Origin: Bacteroidota bacterium
Lineage (GTDB): Bacteria > Bacteroidota > Bacteroidia > 2-12-FULL-35-15
Direction: 5' to 3'
Length of the DNA stretch: 64,000 nt
NCBI GenBank assembly: GCA_025963715.1
Contig: JAOQAG010000048.1
Span: 5,553 to 69,552, forward strand
The first letter of the stretch is position 1, and every line of letters starts with the position of its first letter. A program made the position numbers and the translations under genes. Of the stretch, positions 19,241 through 30,251 are shown in pieces. The notes beneath the pieces are model-generated. The model saw only the letters and a program-made list of their open reading frames with translations, made no database searches and was not told where the DNA came from.

Positions 19241-20124
19241 TAAATTTCAAAAATAATATCGTATGTATCGTTCCCGGATTTGATTGTTTTTAAACAAACC
19301 TTATCCTGTACATGCGCTTGTTTGTGAAAGAGATTGAATTCGTATTTATAATCGCCTTTTCTTGTGTAGGTAATTTCCTCCAGCTTTCCCGGGCCTTTTG
19401 CAGTTTCTTCAATTGTCCAGTCATCATTCATGCATTTACGCAATTGATCATCCACCTGCTTCATGATCATTTTGGAACTTTCCAGCCCAATGTCCACCGA
19501 ATAAACCACGCGGTACGTCCGTGGCCCATCTGCATTTTTTAATCCTTCGATCACGGCAGGCGCTTCAAAAAATAAATTGCAGTATACTACTTTTCCTGCA
19601 TCAGGATAGGTGTGATTGACATTTACAGGCACAAACTCAAAATTGGTATGACTTAGTTTTAATAAAAAATCCAGTTTCTGGCAGCTGGTCCACAAGGGAT
19701 CAATGCGTATTTTTTTATCATGCGCCCAAAAAAGCTGCACCGTTGCATTTCCTTTTTCATGCGGCTTTTGTGTTGTAAAATAAAATTCATAAAGTCCTTC
19801 TTCTCCCGCTGTAAAAGTAAAATCATAAGAGGCAAAGGGCAGGGTGGAAGCATTATTATTGCTCACATTTTGTATGTGGCCGTTCGGATCTTTTACATAA
19901 GCAGCAGTTGTGAATGTTCCCGACTGATAACTGATAAAAAATTTGTCGCCGGGTTGTAAATTCTTGCTGATGCATTCATACAAGCATCCTTTTTTATCCT
20001 GCAGGGAAGTGGATTTTAATTCAATGTCATGCTGTTCATACCAGATCATGCTATCAATGCCCTGCGATTTTAATTGCGGGCACAGCTGAAAAATAAAAGC
20101 CAGGAGGATCACCAGATGTTTCAT
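19237..20124 (-). CDS. Hypothetical secreted protein
   Basis: Signal peptide 'MKHLVILLAFIFQLCPQLKSQG'. Confidence 0.5.
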   Translation of the reverse strand: MKHLVILLAFIFQLCPQLKSQGIDSMIWYEQHDIELKSTSLQDKKGCLYECISKNLQPGDKFFISYQSGTFTTAAYVKDPNGHIQNVSNNNASTLPFASYDFTFTAGEEGLYEFYFTTQKPHEKGNATVQLFWAHDKKIRIDPLWTSCQKLDFLLKLSHTNFEFVPVNVNHTYPDAGKVVYCNLFFEAPAVIEGLKNADGPRTYRVVYSVDIGLESSKMIMKQVDDQLRKCMNDDWTIEETAKGPGKLEEITYTRKGDYKYEFNLFHKQAHVQDKVCLKTIKSGNDTYDIIFEIY

Positions 20125-20126
20125 GC

Positions 20127-21425
20127 TTATTGTTTATTGAGTTGAATATAATTTAAAACCCCCTGAAAGTAGGCTTCTGCCACCTGCTGCACGCGTCCGT
20201 TTTTTGTTTTGTCCGTTTCCATACTCAGTAATTTTAATTCGCTGAGATTGTCCTGGAACAATGTTTCGCCGTATACAAGTGGCGAGTGGATGTATCGCGT
20301 TAACTGTAAGTTCCGGCAATACACGCCTTTTGTTTTTGTGGGTAAACAACCTTCTTTTAAATAATTGGCATCGGTAATACCAGCAGTCGGCACATTCAAT
20401 TTTTTTTCAAAACTATTGACAACACAGGTACTCAACCCGATTGATTTTTCCAGGTCGTCGGTAATTAATAAACGCAAAAACTCAAATCTTTTTTCCAGAC
20501 TTACCAAATCATTTTTCATAAACGCGCCTCCAACAAACGTCATGTCAAAATCACGATCGCCTGGCTTTTCCCATTCCTTGTTGGTTTCATCCACATTGTA
20601 ATGAATAATAATGGTAAGATCCGGTTTGTAATTATTGATGATCTCCGCGCGTTTTGCCAATTCCAGATCTTTAAAAATGATCCTGAAAATATCACGGTCC
20701 TGTGCTTTTGCACTTAATAAATATTGTTTTTGATTTGCTTTTAATTCTCCGATCTTATACAAACTATCCACTGCATTTTTCAGATCCTCTTTTTTCCATT
20801 GTGCGTAGGTTTTCCCAAATGCGGTGTTGCCGTTTTTGCGTGTTAAAAATACTTCCGCGCCTTCTTTTTCTAATTTTTCTTTTAGTAATTGTGCCGTTGC
20901 GTATGTTAGCATCCCTTCCGCGATCTCCATCGAATCAAGCAATCCGGCTGCCGTATCCGCTTTCATTTTAATGTGCTTTTTTTCGAGATCACCCATTTCA
21001 AAATCGTAGGCTATGTGCCCGGGATCAATCGCGATCTTTAAATGCTGCAGTTTTTTTATCCCGGAAGGATCGCCCGGTGGGGGTGGTGAGATCAGGAACA
21101 TACATGGAGCCGGTGCATCGTATATTTTGTTTTGATAGGTATTGAATGCAACGTCGGCCGGACAGTTTTTTAATTCAAATTTCAGTTCCGGTAAATCTTT
21201 CCAGCTAATCGTAAATTCAGCTTGCTGCATACTTTTATTTTGTGCAGATGCATACATTTTTATTCCATCCTTATCAATGGAATAAAAACCCGACAATGCT
21301 TTTTCCTTGTCTAAATACGTTTGTGCTTTTTCTGTATAATATTTAATGTTGGCTTGCACATCATTTATTTGTGCAAAAGAGGAAATGCTGATAAATAAGA
21401 AAAGAAAATGAATTCTGAATTTCAT
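20127..21425 (-). CDS. Secreted protein with a putative N-acetylmuramoyl-L-alanine amidase (Amidase_3-like) domain
   Basis: Signal peptide. 'IAIDPGH' and '...EGAEVFLTR' resemble the Zn-amidase motifs DxGHGG and V.LTR. Confidence 0.45.
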   Translation of the reverse strand: MKFRIHFLFLFISISSFAQINDVQANIKYYTEKAQTYLDKEKALSGFYSIDKDGIKMYASAQNKSMQQAEFTISWKDLPELKFELKNCPADVAFNTYQNKIYDAPAPCMFLISPPPPGDPSGIKKLQHLKIAIDPGHIAYDFEMGDLEKKHIKMKADTAAGLLDSMEIAEGMLTYATAQLLKEKLEKEGAEVFLTRKNGNTAFGKTYAQWKKEDLKNAVDSLYKIGELKANQKQYLLSAKAQDRDIFRIIFKDLELAKRAEIINNYKPDLTIIIHYNVDETNKEWEKPGDRDFDMTFVGGAFMKNDLVSLEKRFEFLRLLITDDLEKSIGLSTCVVNSFEKKLNVPTAGITDANYLKEGCLPTKTKGVYCRNLQLTRYIHSPLVYGETLFQDNLSELKLLSMETDKTKNGRVQQVAEAYFQGVLNYIQLNKQ

Positions 21426-21516
21426 AATGGAAGTATTCGTTTTGACGTTGAGATAAAAACGCTATCAAAAATAACGAAATTACAGATGAAGTAGTATTTA
21501 TGCTTAATTTTGTTTT

Positions 21517-21921
21517 ATGAACATCAAAGGAATTATTTTTAACCCCGAATTTACGTTTAAGGTGAGTAGGAGCGGTGGAGCAGGCGGACAAAATGTAAAT
21601 AAAGTTTCTACGAAAGTGGAGCTGGATTTTGATGTGGTCAATTCCCAATTGCTTGACGAAGAGCAAAAACAAATCATTTTAAACAAGCTTACCAACAAGA
21701 TCAGCAAGGAAGGCATCCTGCAGATCATTTCTCAAACCGAGCGGAATCAGCTTGGAAATAAGGAAATTGTGATCAAAAAGTTTTATGAACTGATCCAGAA
21801 ATGTTTTGTGGTTCAAAAAAAACGCAGGCCTACCAAACCTTCCAAATCAGCAAAGGAAAAACGTTTGACAACCAAAAAACGCGACGGGGAAATCAAAAAA
21901 ATGAGAAAAAAAGACTGGTAG
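21517..21921 (+). CDS. arfB: Alternative ribosome-rescue factor ArfB (peptidyl-tRNA hydrolase, RF-1 domain)
   Basis: 'GAGGQNVNKVSTKVEL' GGQ motif, a basic C-terminal tail, 134 aa. Confidence 0.8.
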   Translation: MNIKGIIFNPEFTFKVSRSGGAGGQNVNKVSTKVELDFDVVNSQLLDEEQKQIILNKLTNKISKEGILQIISQTERNQLGNKEIVIKKFYELIQKCFVVQKKRRPTKPSKSAKEKRLTTKKRDGEIKKMRKKDW

Positions 21922-21998
21922 ATTGGATGTTGGATTTTAGATGTTGGACGCTGTGTGTTGCTATTGGTGAAGCATTCAATTGTAGAATTTTGCTGCTG

Positions 21999-22131
21999 GC
22001 GCGAGCGTCCCGCTCGTGCCAACTATTTGATGGCGTCCCGCCATCTTACATATAATACTATCTGTCAAGTTTTATTACTAACGCGAGCGTCCCGCTCGTG
22101 CCGATTATTTGATGGCGTCCCGCCATCTTAT
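21999..22131. repeat. Two tandem copies of a double-hairpin element 'gcgagcgtcccgctcgtgcc...gatggcgtcccgccatc'
   Basis: Copies at 21999-22050 and 22081-22131, lying between the convergent arfB and rluA-family genes. Confidence 0.75.
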
Positions 22132-22141
22132 CTTAATATAA

Positions 22142-22831
22142 TTAACCCACTCTTTTCACAAACTCATTCCACAGCACTTCATTTGGCGGCGGAGCAACGA
22201 TCGTTACCGGTTCTTTTTTTACAGGATGTACAAATTCGATCCTGCGCGCATGCAAATGTATAGAGGCATCTTTGTTGCTCCGGTCGAAACCGTATTTTAA
22301 ATCGCCTTTGATCGGGCAGCCCATGCTGGCCAGCTGTACGCGGATCTGGTGATGGCGCCCGGTATGTGGCGTGATCTGCAATAAATGATAATTATCCGAG
22401 CTGCAGATCAGTTCATAATCCAGCTCCGAGCGCAATGCTCCCGGCGTTTCATTTGCGTATGCTTTCGACATGTTTTTTGCTTCATTCTTTTTTAAATAAT
22501 GAATGAGCTTTCCGCTTTCCTTTGCCGGTTTATTTTTCACCACCGCCCAATACGTTTTTTGGATCTCTTTGGTTTGAAACATTTGATTGAGCCTTGCGAG
22601 CGCTTTGCTTGTGCGTGCAAAAAGTACAATGCCGCTAACCGGCCGGTCGATCCGGTGAACCGTACCAATAAACACTTCGCCGGGTTTGTCGTATTTTTCC
22701 TTTACGTATTTTTTTACGAAATCACTCAATGGAGTATCACCCGTTTTATCGCCCTGTACAAGATCCGATGGCCGCTTGTTCACAGCAATAATGTGATTGT
22801 CTTCGTATAATACCTGTAATTGTTTTTCCAT
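22142..22831 (-). CDS. RluA-family pseudouridine synthase
   Basis: 'HRIDRPVSGIVLFARTSKA' catalytic Asp motif. Confidence 0.8.
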   Translation of the reverse strand: MEKQLQVLYEDNHIIAVNKRPSDLVQGDKTGDTPLSDFVKKYVKEKYDKPGEVFIGTVHRIDRPVSGIVLFARTSKALARLNQMFQTKEIQKTYWAVVKNKPAKESGKLIHYLKKNEAKNMSKAYANETPGALRSELDYELICSSDNYHLLQITPHTGRHHQIRVQLASMGCPIKGDLKYGFDRSNKDASIHLHARRIEFVHPVKKEPVTIVAPPPNEVLWNEFVKRVG

Positions 22832-22870
22832 AAATTCAACATCTGTATAGCAGATTCTAATTGAGTAAAA

Positions 22871-22934
22871 GTAGGCGCCAGGCTCTGCCTAGTGACACTC
22901 TAAATTTTGTCACTAGGCAGAGCCTAGCGCCTAC
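22871..22934. repeat. ~62-bp palindromic element 'gtaggcgc(c/t)aggctctgcctagtgaca...tgtcactaggcagagcctagcgcctac'
   Basis: Near-perfect long hairpin. Other copies at 1668-1728 and 33423-33485. Confidence 0.85.
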
Positions 22935-23126
22935 ATCGAAATAGCAAATTTAAAATTAGTTTTCTAATAAACAGATCCCGTGTCGTAGCACGGGATGACG
23001 ATCTGCGATAATGATTTGATTTCTTATTTAGCAACCGCAGCGTCTGCGCCCAGCAAACTTTTGAACCTTGAACTTTGAACTTTTTTGCACACAGCAAAAC
23101 TTTAAACTTTTGAACTTTAAACTCCC

Positions 23127-23942
23127 TTAATATTGTTCGGAGGAATTCGGAAAGTCTTTCGATTTAATATCCTTGATGTATTGCCCGACAGCGCCGGTAA
23201 TATCATCGTATAAATTCAGGTAACGTCTTAAAAAACGCGGATTAAATTCGTTATTCAAACCCACCATGTCGTGGAAAACCAATACCTGCCCGTCAACACC
23301 GCCGCCAGCACCAATTCCGATCACCGGAATAGTGATCGATTTTGCAACCTGTTCAGCTAATTTTGCCGGGATTTTTTCCAGCACCAGTGCAAAACAACCT
23401 GCCTGCTCCAGTATTTTGGCATCTTCCATCAGTTTGATCGCTTCCACTTCCTCTTTTGCACGCACATTGTAAGTCCCGAATTTATAAATGCTTTGCGGGG
23501 TAAGCCCCAAATGTCCCATTACCGGGATGCCTGCGGTTAAGATCCGCTCGATCGATTCTCTTACTTCGCGGCCACCTTCCAGCTTTACCGCATGCGCACC
23601 GCTTTCTTTCATGATCTTGATGGAAGAATTCAACGCTTCCTTCGAGTTGCCCTGGTAGCTTCCAAATGGCAGATCGACTACGATCAGCGCCCTGTCAACC
23701 GCACGCACCACCGAAGATGCATGATAGATCATCTGGTCCAGCGTGATCGGCAGCGTGGTTTCGTGCCCGGCCATTACGTTAGAGGCGCTATCGCCTACCA
23801 AAATCACATCAATACCGGCATGATCCACTATTTTTGCCATGGTGTAATCATAGGCGGTAAGCATGGATATTTTTTCCCCTCCGTTTTTCATTTCCTGTAA
23901 AACGTTGGTGGTTACTTTTTTTACTTCTTTATGTACTGACAT
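23127..23942 (-). CDS. panB: 3-methyl-2-oxobutanoate hydroxymethyltransferase
   Basis: '[17 protein letters not shown]', 'VVDLPFGSY', 'AHAVKLEGG'. Confidence 0.9.
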   Translation of the reverse strand: MSVHKEVKKVTTNVLQEMKNGGEKISMLTAYDYTMAKIVDHAGIDVILVGDSASNVMAGHETTLPITLDQMIYHASSVVRAVDRALIVVDLPFGSYQGNSKEALNSSIKIMKESGAHAVKLEGGREVRESIERILTAGIPVMGHLGLTPQSIYKFGTYNVRAKEEVEAIKLMEDAKILEQAGCFALVLEKIPAKLAEQVAKSITIPVIGIGAGGGVDGQVLVFHDMVGLNNEFNPRFLRRYLNLYDDITGAVGQYIKDIKSKDFPNSSEQY

Positions 23943-24167
23943 AGCTTTAGATGTTGAAGGTTAGAACGGATCCGGTCCGGAATGAACGAAGAAATAAACA
24001 GTCAGTTTTTGCTTTTTCCGGTGCCCCGGTTATTTTATACAAAGTTACGAATTGTTTTCAGATAGGAAATGCCTCCGCTCATCAGCAAAAGGCTGCCACT
24101 TAAACAATTATTTGGGTAAAAATCAAATAAATTGATACATTTGTGACTATTCAAAAAAACGCTCAAA

Positions 24168-25217
24168 GTGAAAAATAAATTCTATATTTTAATATTCGCG
24201 TCAGCTATCCTGCTTTCCGCATGCAGTACGGATTTTCAGGTAACAGGCGACTGGAAGGAAACAATGGTAGTGTACGGTTTGCTGGACCAGTCGCAACCCA
24301 AACAATACATCAAAATAAATAAAGCATTTTTAGGCGAAGGAAATGCTTTTACCTATGCACAGGTAAAGGATTCTGTTCAGTATGCCAATGCACTTAGCGT
24401 GACGTTGCAACGGATCAGAAACGGAACGAACATTGGGTTGCCGATCGTTTTAAGCCGCGATGGCTCTATTCCAAAGGACCCCGGTATTTTTTATTCCGAC
24501 GATCAGGCCAATGCCATTTATTCGTTTAACTCTACCGGTATTAATGCATTGCAGGACGACAGCCAGTATAAAATCATAGTAAGAAATTCTGATACAGGCG
24601 TGGAAGTATACTCACAAACCGGTTTGGTAAAGGATTTCGGAGCATTAAGCTCGCCATCTCCTGCTGCACCATCTTATTCACTGATCTCATCCGGAAATGA
24701 TAACTACAAGTTTATCATTAAATTCAATAGTGGCGTAAATGCACGTTTATACCAGGTAATGATCCGTTTGCATTATACCGATTCTACTGCTACCGGAACG
24801 GTTAAGGATAGTCTCGACTGGACATTTGCACAACAAACCACCAGTGGACTCGGCGGTGGCGAAGTAATGGATTTTGGCTTTGTAGGGCAGGATTTCATGA
24901 GATACGTTGGTCACAACTTAAATGATTACCCTGCTTTGATCCAGCGTACTGCCGGAAAGCTTGATATTTTTGTGATCGGAGCGGCGGATGAATTAAATAC
25001 ATTTATCAATGTGAATAAGCCTTCTACGAGCATTAACCAGGACAAACCGGAATATACCAATATCACCAACGGTTTGGGAATATTTTCCTCACGCTATTAT
25101 AAAGCACCTGTATCAAAAGTATTGAGCGGAATAACGCTGGATACCTTATCCCAGGGCTACAATACCTGTCACCTGAAGTTTGGTGATGCTGCCGGTGTTT
25201 GGCATGGCTGTAATTAG
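24168..25217 (+). CDS. Hypothetical lipoprotein (possibly DUF4249-like)
   Basis: 'ILLSACSTDF' lipobox. Confidence 0.5.
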   Translation: MKNKFYILIFASAILLSACSTDFQVTGDWKETMVVYGLLDQSQPKQYIKINKAFLGEGNAFTYAQVKDSVQYANALSVTLQRIRNGTNIGLPIVLSRDGSIPKDPGIFYSDDQANAIYSFNSTGINALQDDSQYKIIVRNSDTGVEVYSQTGLVKDFGALSSPSPAAPSYSLISSGNDNYKFIIKFNSGVNARLYQVMIRLHYTDSTATGTVKDSLDWTFAQQTTSGLGGGEVMDFGFVGQDFMRYVGHNLNDYPALIQRTAGKLDIFVIGAADELNTFINVNKPSTSINQDKPEYTNITNGLGIFSSRYYKAPVSKVLSGITLDTLSQGYNTCHLKFGDAAGVWHGCN

Positions 25218-25251
25218 GCCTGTCGCTTTGTCAGTTATTATTCAGCGCTCT

Positions 25252-25273
25252 TCCCCGGAAGGGCGCTTTTTTT
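25252..25273 (+). terminator. Rho-independent terminator
   Basis: 'agcgctcttccccggaagggcgc' followed by a T7 run. Confidence 0.55.
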
Positions 25274-25367
25274 ATGCCATTTTTTCCCCTAAATTCCAAT
25301 GGCATAATGATTGAAAAAGGCAGAATGTAAAAATTAAAACAAGTAACAACTAAACCCAACATAAATT

Positions 25368-27284
25368 ATGAGTAAAATAATAGGCATCGATTTAGGAACA
25401 ACAAACTCTTGTGTATCTGTAATGGAAGGTAACGAGCCGGTAGTGATTCCTAACAGCGAAGGAAAAAGAACAACTCCTTCAGTTGTAGCTTTTGTAGAAA
25501 ACGGCGAACGTAAAGTAGGTGATCCTGCAAAACGCCAGGCGATCACAAATCCTACAAAAACAGTTTATTCCATTAAACGTTTTATGGGACACACTTTTGA
25601 CGAAGTAACGACAGAAGCAAGCCGTGTTCCATACAAAGTAGTAAAAGGCGATAATAATACGCCACGTGTATTGATCGACGACCGGAAATACACACCACAG
25701 GAGATCTCTGCGATCATTTTGCAAAAAATGAAAAAAACAGCGGAAGATTATCTTGGACATGAAGTAACTGAAGCGGTTATTACCGTTCCTGCATATTTTA
25801 ACGACTCGCAACGCCAGGCAACCAAAGAAGCCGGAGAAATTGCGGGATTGAAAGTAAAACGGATCATCAACGAGCCTACTGCAGCTGCATTGGCTTACGG
25901 CCTTGATAAAAAACACGACATGAAAATTGTGGTGTTCGATTGCGGTGGTGGTACACATGACGTATCCGTACTGGAGCTTGGTGATGGCGTGTTTGAAGTA
26001 AAATCTACTGACGGTGATACACACTTAGGTGGTGATGACTTTGACCAAAAGATCATTGACTGGCTGGTTGCTGAATTTAAATCGGAGAACGGTGGTTTGG
26101 ATCTGTCAAAAGATCCAATGGCATTGCAACGTTTGAAAGAAGCTGCTGAGAAAGCAAAAATTGAGTTATCAAGCACTGCTTCTTCTGAGATCAACCTGCC
26201 TTACATTATGCCTGTTGACGGGATCCCAAAACACTTGGTACGTACCTTAACAAAAGCAAAATTTGAGCAATTGGTGGATGACCTGGTAAAACGTACTATT
26301 GAGCCTTGTAAATCAGCATTGAAAAATGCAGGTTTGAGCACAACAGATATTAACGAGATCATTTTAGTAGGTGGTTCCACACGGATTCCTGCTGTTCAGG
26401 AAGCGGTACAAAAATTCTTCGGAAAAGCACCTTCCAAAGGTGTAAACCCGGATGAAGTAGTTGCCGTTGGTGCTGCAATTCAGGGTGGTGTATTAACCGG
26501 CGAAGTAAAAGATGTATTGTTGCTGGATGTAACGCCTCTTTCTTTAGGTATTGAAACGATGGGTGGTGTATTCACTAAATTAATTGAAGCGAATACAACG
26601 ATCCCTACTAAAAAATCGGAAACATTCTCTACCGCGAGTGACAACCAGCCTTCCGTACAAATTCACGTATTACAAGGTGAGCGTCCGATGGCAAAAGATA
26701 ACCGTACGATCGGACAATTTAACCTGGACGGAATTCCACCGGCACCACGCGGTGTACCTCAGATCGAAGTAACATTTGATATTGATGCAAACGGGATCAT
26801 CCAGGTTTCTTCAAAAGATAAAGCAACCGGTAAATCACAACAGATCCGTATTGAAGCGGGATCGGGCTTATCAAAAGAAGACATCGAAAAAATGAAACGC
26901 GAAGCAGAAGCAAATGCCGATTCGGATAAAAAAGCGAAAGAAGAAGTAGAAAAAGTAAATGCTGCCGATTCAATGATTTTCCAAACAGAAAAACAATTGA
27001 AAGAATACGGCGAGAAAATTCCGGCTGAGAAAAAATCAGTCATTGAAGCTGCGTTAACTGAATTAAAATCAGCACACGGTTCAAGAGACATCACAGCGAT
27101 TGATGCAGCAATGGAAAAAATAAACGCTGCATGGCAGGCTGCTTCACAGGATATGTACAATGCACAGCAACAACCAGGCGCTGATGCAACTGCAAATCCT
27201 CAGGGCGATGCAGGAGCAAATGCTTCAGCTGATTCGGAAGTTACGGATGTAGATTTCGAAGAAGTAAAAGACGATAAAAAATAA
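25368..27284 (+). CDS. dnaK: Molecular chaperone DnaK (Hsp70)
   Basis: '[12 protein letters not shown]', 'DLGGGTFD'-type motif '[16 protein letters not shown]', C-terminal lid, 638 aa. Confidence 0.97.
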   Translation: MSKIIGIDLGTTNSCVSVMEGNEPVVIPNSEGKRTTPSVVAFVENGERKVGDPAKRQAITNPTKTVYSIKRFMGHTFDEVTTEASRVPYKVVKGDNNTPRVLIDDRKYTPQEISAIILQKMKKTAEDYLGHEVTEAVITVPAYFNDSQRQATKEAGEIAGLKVKRIINEPTAAALAYGLDKKHDMKIVVFDCGGGTHDVSVLELGDGVFEVKSTDGDTHLGGDDFDQKIIDWLVAEFKSENGGLDLSKDPMALQRLKEAAEKAKIELSSTASSEINLPYIMPVDGIPKHLVRTLTKAKFEQLVDDLVKRTIEPCKSALKNAGLSTTDINEIILVGGSTRIPAVQEAVQKFFGKAPSKGVNPDEVVAVGAAIQGGVLTGEVKDVLLLDVTPLSLGIETMGGVFTKLIEANTTIPTKKSETFSTASDNQPSVQIHVLQGERPMAKDNRTIGQFNLDGIPPAPRGVPQIEVTFDIDANGIIQVSSKDKATGKSQQIRIEAGSGLSKEDIEKMKREAEANADSDKKAKEEVEKVNAADSMIFQTEKQLKEYGEKIPAEKKSVIEAALTELKSAHGSRDITAIDAAMEKINAAWQAASQDMYNAQQQPGADATANPQGDAGANASADSEVTDVDFEEVKDDKK

Positions 27285-27305
27285 TTTTCATTTGGTTTGT
27301 GATTT

Positions 27306-27343
27306 GCAGGCGTTCCGCATTCGTGTGGGGCGCCTGTTTTTTT
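27306..27343 (+). terminator. Rho-independent terminator after dnaK
   Basis: 'gcaggcgttccgca ttcg tgtggggcgcctg' followed by a T7 run. Confidence 0.7.
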
Positions 27344-27387
27344 GTGATGTGACGTGAAGCTTAATGTGGAACAATTCTTTCTTTATA

Positions 27388-27486
27388 CTGTCATCCCAGG
27401 CTTGACCCGCCGGGATCTGTTAATTAAGAACTATTAATAAAACTCTGCAAACATTTATGAGATCCCGGGTCAAGCCCGGGATGACA
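27388..27486. repeat. Second full copy of the 'ctgtcatccc...gggatgacag' inverted-repeat element
   Basis: Arms 'ctgtcatcccaggcttgacccgccgggatc' and 'gatcccgggtcaagcccgggatgaca'. Confidence 0.8.
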
Positions 27487-27571
27487 TTTTGGGAAGGAGA
27501 TAATTAAAGATTAGCAAAAAAAATCCCGGAGCAATAATTTTGCCCCGGGATTTTTTTGTTTGAAAAAGATC

Positions 27572-28417
27572 TTAGTACAAATAAATAGTATAGGTTGTGC
27601 CGTTTAAAAGTGCTGTAGCCGTTGCATCGCAGGTTCCTGCACCGTAATCAAATACGATAGGGTAAGTTGGGTAATCTGCCATTGTTAAAGTAAATGAGCC
27701 GCTTACGATCCAAGGGCAGCCAACGTTCACACGCAATGGAGAGTTGGTAACAATGGTGTATGCTTCACCGCTTGAAGAAACGCCGTTTGCATTTCCGGTG
27801 ATCAGGTATACATCATCAAAAATATTGAAGTTGGTGTTGTATCCCGCAGCAAATTCGCGGTTTTGATTGGTATTCCATGTGCTGTGTGCCGTTCCTGCAG
27901 GATTTGTAACAGTTGCACCGGATACGATCACATTAAACACCAAATGTCCGGCTGAATTATGGCCCATGTTTTTGATGGTTTGTGTTCCTTCCACATGGTA
28001 ATCATTGTGGTAATAATTGCTAAGTGTAACAGTGATCACGGTAGCTGAATCCTGGTAAGGACCGCTGAATACTGCCGTAATTGTTCCTCTTCTGTTCACG
28101 CCGTCTGATCCCAGGCAATTGGTAGTTGCAGTTCCAAATGTCATCACTACTGTTTTTGGCCATGTCGTAAGGTCAAAAGGAGTAATGCTTGCCGTAGAGC
28201 AGCCGGAAGAAGCCGTAGAACGCAATGTGTTGGAGCTATCCGTTACCGTGCTGATCTGTTTCCAGATACCGGCAAATGCATTGTCGGCATTGGCATTATC
28301 CGTTGCAGAAGAATAATCGGTTGGTTTTTTTTCTTCCTTCTTACACCCTGTATAAAGGAACGTTGCGAATGCAAGAAGTGCAAGTGCTGAAAATAATTTA
28401 ATGCTATTTTTTTTCAT
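27572..28417 (-). CDS. Hypothetical lipoprotein
   Basis: 'FLYTGCKKEEKK' lipobox, Thr/Asn-rich. Confidence 0.5.
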   Translation of the reverse strand: MKKNSIKLFSALALLAFATFLYTGCKKEEKKPTDYSSATDNANADNAFAGIWKQISTVTDSSNTLRSTASSGCSTASITPFDLTTWPKTVVMTFGTATTNCLGSDGVNRRGTITAVFSGPYQDSATVITVTLSNYYHNDYHVEGTQTIKNMGHNSAGHLVFNVIVSGATVTNPAGTAHSTWNTNQNREFAAGYNTNFNIFDDVYLITGNANGVSSSGEAYTIVTNSPLRVNVGCPWIVSGSFTLTMADYPTYPIVFDYGAGTCDATATALLNGTTYTIYLY

Positions 28418-28453
28418 TTTTGGAGTATTTGTTTTAGCGTTTATAGATCAAAT

Positions 28454-28954
28454 TTAACCAATTTTATCTAATGTAATGTAATCGTGCGCAAATTTGTTCT
28501 TTTCGTCCACAATCCCTTTTGTACGTTGCGTTTCTTTCCATTCGGACGGATCTAAATCCGGAAAAAAAGTATCTCCCTCAAATGTGTGATAGATCTTTGT
28601 CAGGTAAACCCGGTCGGTATATTTTAAGGATTGTTTAAAAATCTCGCCACCACCAATAATAAAAATCTCGGGATCGCCGGTTTGTTTTGCTTTTTCAATT
28701 GCTTCTTCAATGGAGCTAACTACAATTGCTCCCGGTGCAGAATAGTCTTTTTGCCGCGTGATCACAATATTGGTGCGGTTGGGGAGCGGCCGGAATTTTT
28801 CCGGAATGGATTCATAATTTTTTCGCCCGGTAATAATGCAATGTCCGTTTGTTTTCTCTTTAAAGAATTTCATATCGGCAGGTAAATGCCAGATTAAGGT
28901 ATTGTCTTTTCCTATTACATTGTTTTCGGATGTCGCAACGATTATTGAGATCAT
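28454..28954 (-). CDS. folA: Dihydrofolate reductase
   Basis: 'MISIIVATSENNVIGKDNTLIWHLPADMKFFKEKT...IMGRKTYESIP'-type DHFR signature. Confidence 0.9.
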   Translation of the reverse strand: MISIIVATSENNVIGKDNTLIWHLPADMKFFKEKTNGHCIITGRKNYESIPEKFRPLPNRTNIVITRQKDYSAPGAIVVSSIEEAIEKAKQTGDPEIFIIGGGEIFKQSLKYTDRVYLTKIYHTFEGDTFFPDLDPSEWKETQRTKGIVDEKNKFAHDYITLDKIG

Positions 28955-29256
28955 ATCTACTAAATACTAATTAATACTAATATACCAATCTGTGTACAAC
29001 GAATAGCGAATTAAACGAATAACGAATCTGTGTGTGAATTATGTGTATCAGTTTGTGACCAAACATTAAAAAAACAAAAATCTATTTTACCTTCTTCGCG
29101 CCTTCGCGCCTTCGTGGTAAAAAATAATCGCGTAAGCGATATACACAGCAAAAACTCTTTTTTCTTCTTTCCTTCTCAGTGCCTTAGTGGTAAAAACCGC
29201 TCCGAAGGAGCACACACAGCAAACTTTGAACTTTAAACTTTAAACTTTGAACTTAT

Positions 29257-30051
29257 TTACACCGCTACAGCAGCCTTAATATGCGGATGCGGATCATATC
29301 CTTCCAATGTAAAATCTTCGAATTTAAATCCGAAAAGATCTTTTACTTCCGGGTTGATCTTTAAGGTAGGAAGCTTGCGGAAATCGCGTGATAACTGCAG
29401 CTTCGCCTGTTCGATGTGATTGGAGTAGAGGTGAGCATCACCTAAGGTGTGAATAAATTCTCCGGCTTTTAAGCCGCAAACCTGCGCTACCATCATGGTT
29501 AAAATTGCGTACGAAGCAATGTTGAACGGTACGCCTAAAAATATATCGGCGCTGCGTTGGTAGAGCTGACAACTCAATTTCCCATCGGCGACATAAAACT
29601 GAAAAAAAGCATGGCAGGGAGGTAATTTCATTTTATCAATTTCCCCCACATTCCAGGCGCTCACAATCATTCTGCGGCTATCCGGATTGGTCTTGATCTG
29701 GTTGATCACCTGTGTGATCTGGTCGATGTGCCTTCCGTCGGCAGCAGGCCAGCTGCGCCATTGCGAGCCGTATACAGGCCCGAGGTTGCCGTTTTCATCT
29801 GCCCATTCATCCCAGATGCTTACGCCGTTATCCTTTAAATATTTGATGTTTGTATCGCCTTTTAAAAACCAAAGCAGCTCATGCAAAATGGATTTCATGT
29901 GTACTTTTTTGGTGGTCATCATCGGGAAACCTTCCTGCAGATCAAAACGCATCTGGTATCCGAAAACACTGATGGTTCCTGTTCCTGTACGGTCGGTTTT
30001 GGTGGCGCCTTTGTCAAGGACATGCTGCATTAAATCGTGGTACTGTTTCAT
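29257..30051 (-). CDS. thyA: Thymidylate synthase
   Basis: '[15 protein letters not shown]...DRTGTGT', '[12 protein letters not shown]' active-site Cys region, 264 aa. Confidence 0.95.
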   Translation of the reverse strand: MKQYHDLMQHVLDKGATKTDRTGTGTISVFGYQMRFDLQEGFPMMTTKKVHMKSILHELLWFLKGDTNIKYLKDNGVSIWDEWADENGNLGPVYGSQWRSWPAADGRHIDQITQVINQIKTNPDSRRMIVSAWNVGEIDKMKLPPCHAFFQFYVADGKLSCQLYQRSADIFLGVPFNIASYAILTMMVAQVCGLKAGEFIHTLGDAHLYSNHIEQAKLQLSRDFRKLPTLKINPEVKDLFGFKFEDFTLEGYDPHPHIKAAVAV

Positions 30052-30251
30052 ATCTACTAAATACTAATTTTTACTAATGTACTAATCTGTGGGTACGGAT
30101 AACGAACAGGAACGAAATTACGAATCCGGGTGTTTACTGTGTGTGTAGGTGTTATGTTTTTCAATACTAATTTTTTTAAGAACTGTCATTCCGGGCTTGA
30201 CCCGGGATCTCATAAATGTTTGCAGGATCCGGTCTCAGCAAACATCCAACT

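Noticed and set aside
19237-21425. Upstream neighbours of gldM as candidate gldL or gldK
   Set aside because: Both have cleavable signal peptides. The 295-aa protein lacks GldL's two N-terminal TM helices. The 432-aa protein is not a lipoprotein and has an amidase-like motif, not a GldK/FGE-sulfatase domain.
25218-25367. Looked for a CIRCE/HrcA operator (TTAGCACTC-N9-GAGTGCTAA) upstream of dnaK and grpE
   Set aside because: No match in either upstream region. Heat-shock control here is presumably not HrcA/CIRCE-type.
25479-26024. Antisense 181-aa ORF inside dnaK (similar antisense ORFs lie inside dnaJ at 44636-45139, the sigma-54 activator at 52407-53309, etfA at 35656-36441 and the ABC gene at 6172-6830)
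   Set aside because: These fully overlap strongly supported conserved genes on the opposite strand, and their products are low-complexity or Cys/Arg-rich with no domain signal.
29030-29236. 68-aa ORF 'MCELCVSVCDQTLKKQK...' (and its relative at 11779-12096)
   Set aside because: Both lie entirely inside the interspersed-repeat modules ('tgtgtgaattatgtgtatcagtttgtgaccaaac...') and share sequence only because the repeat is shared. They are spurious ORFs.
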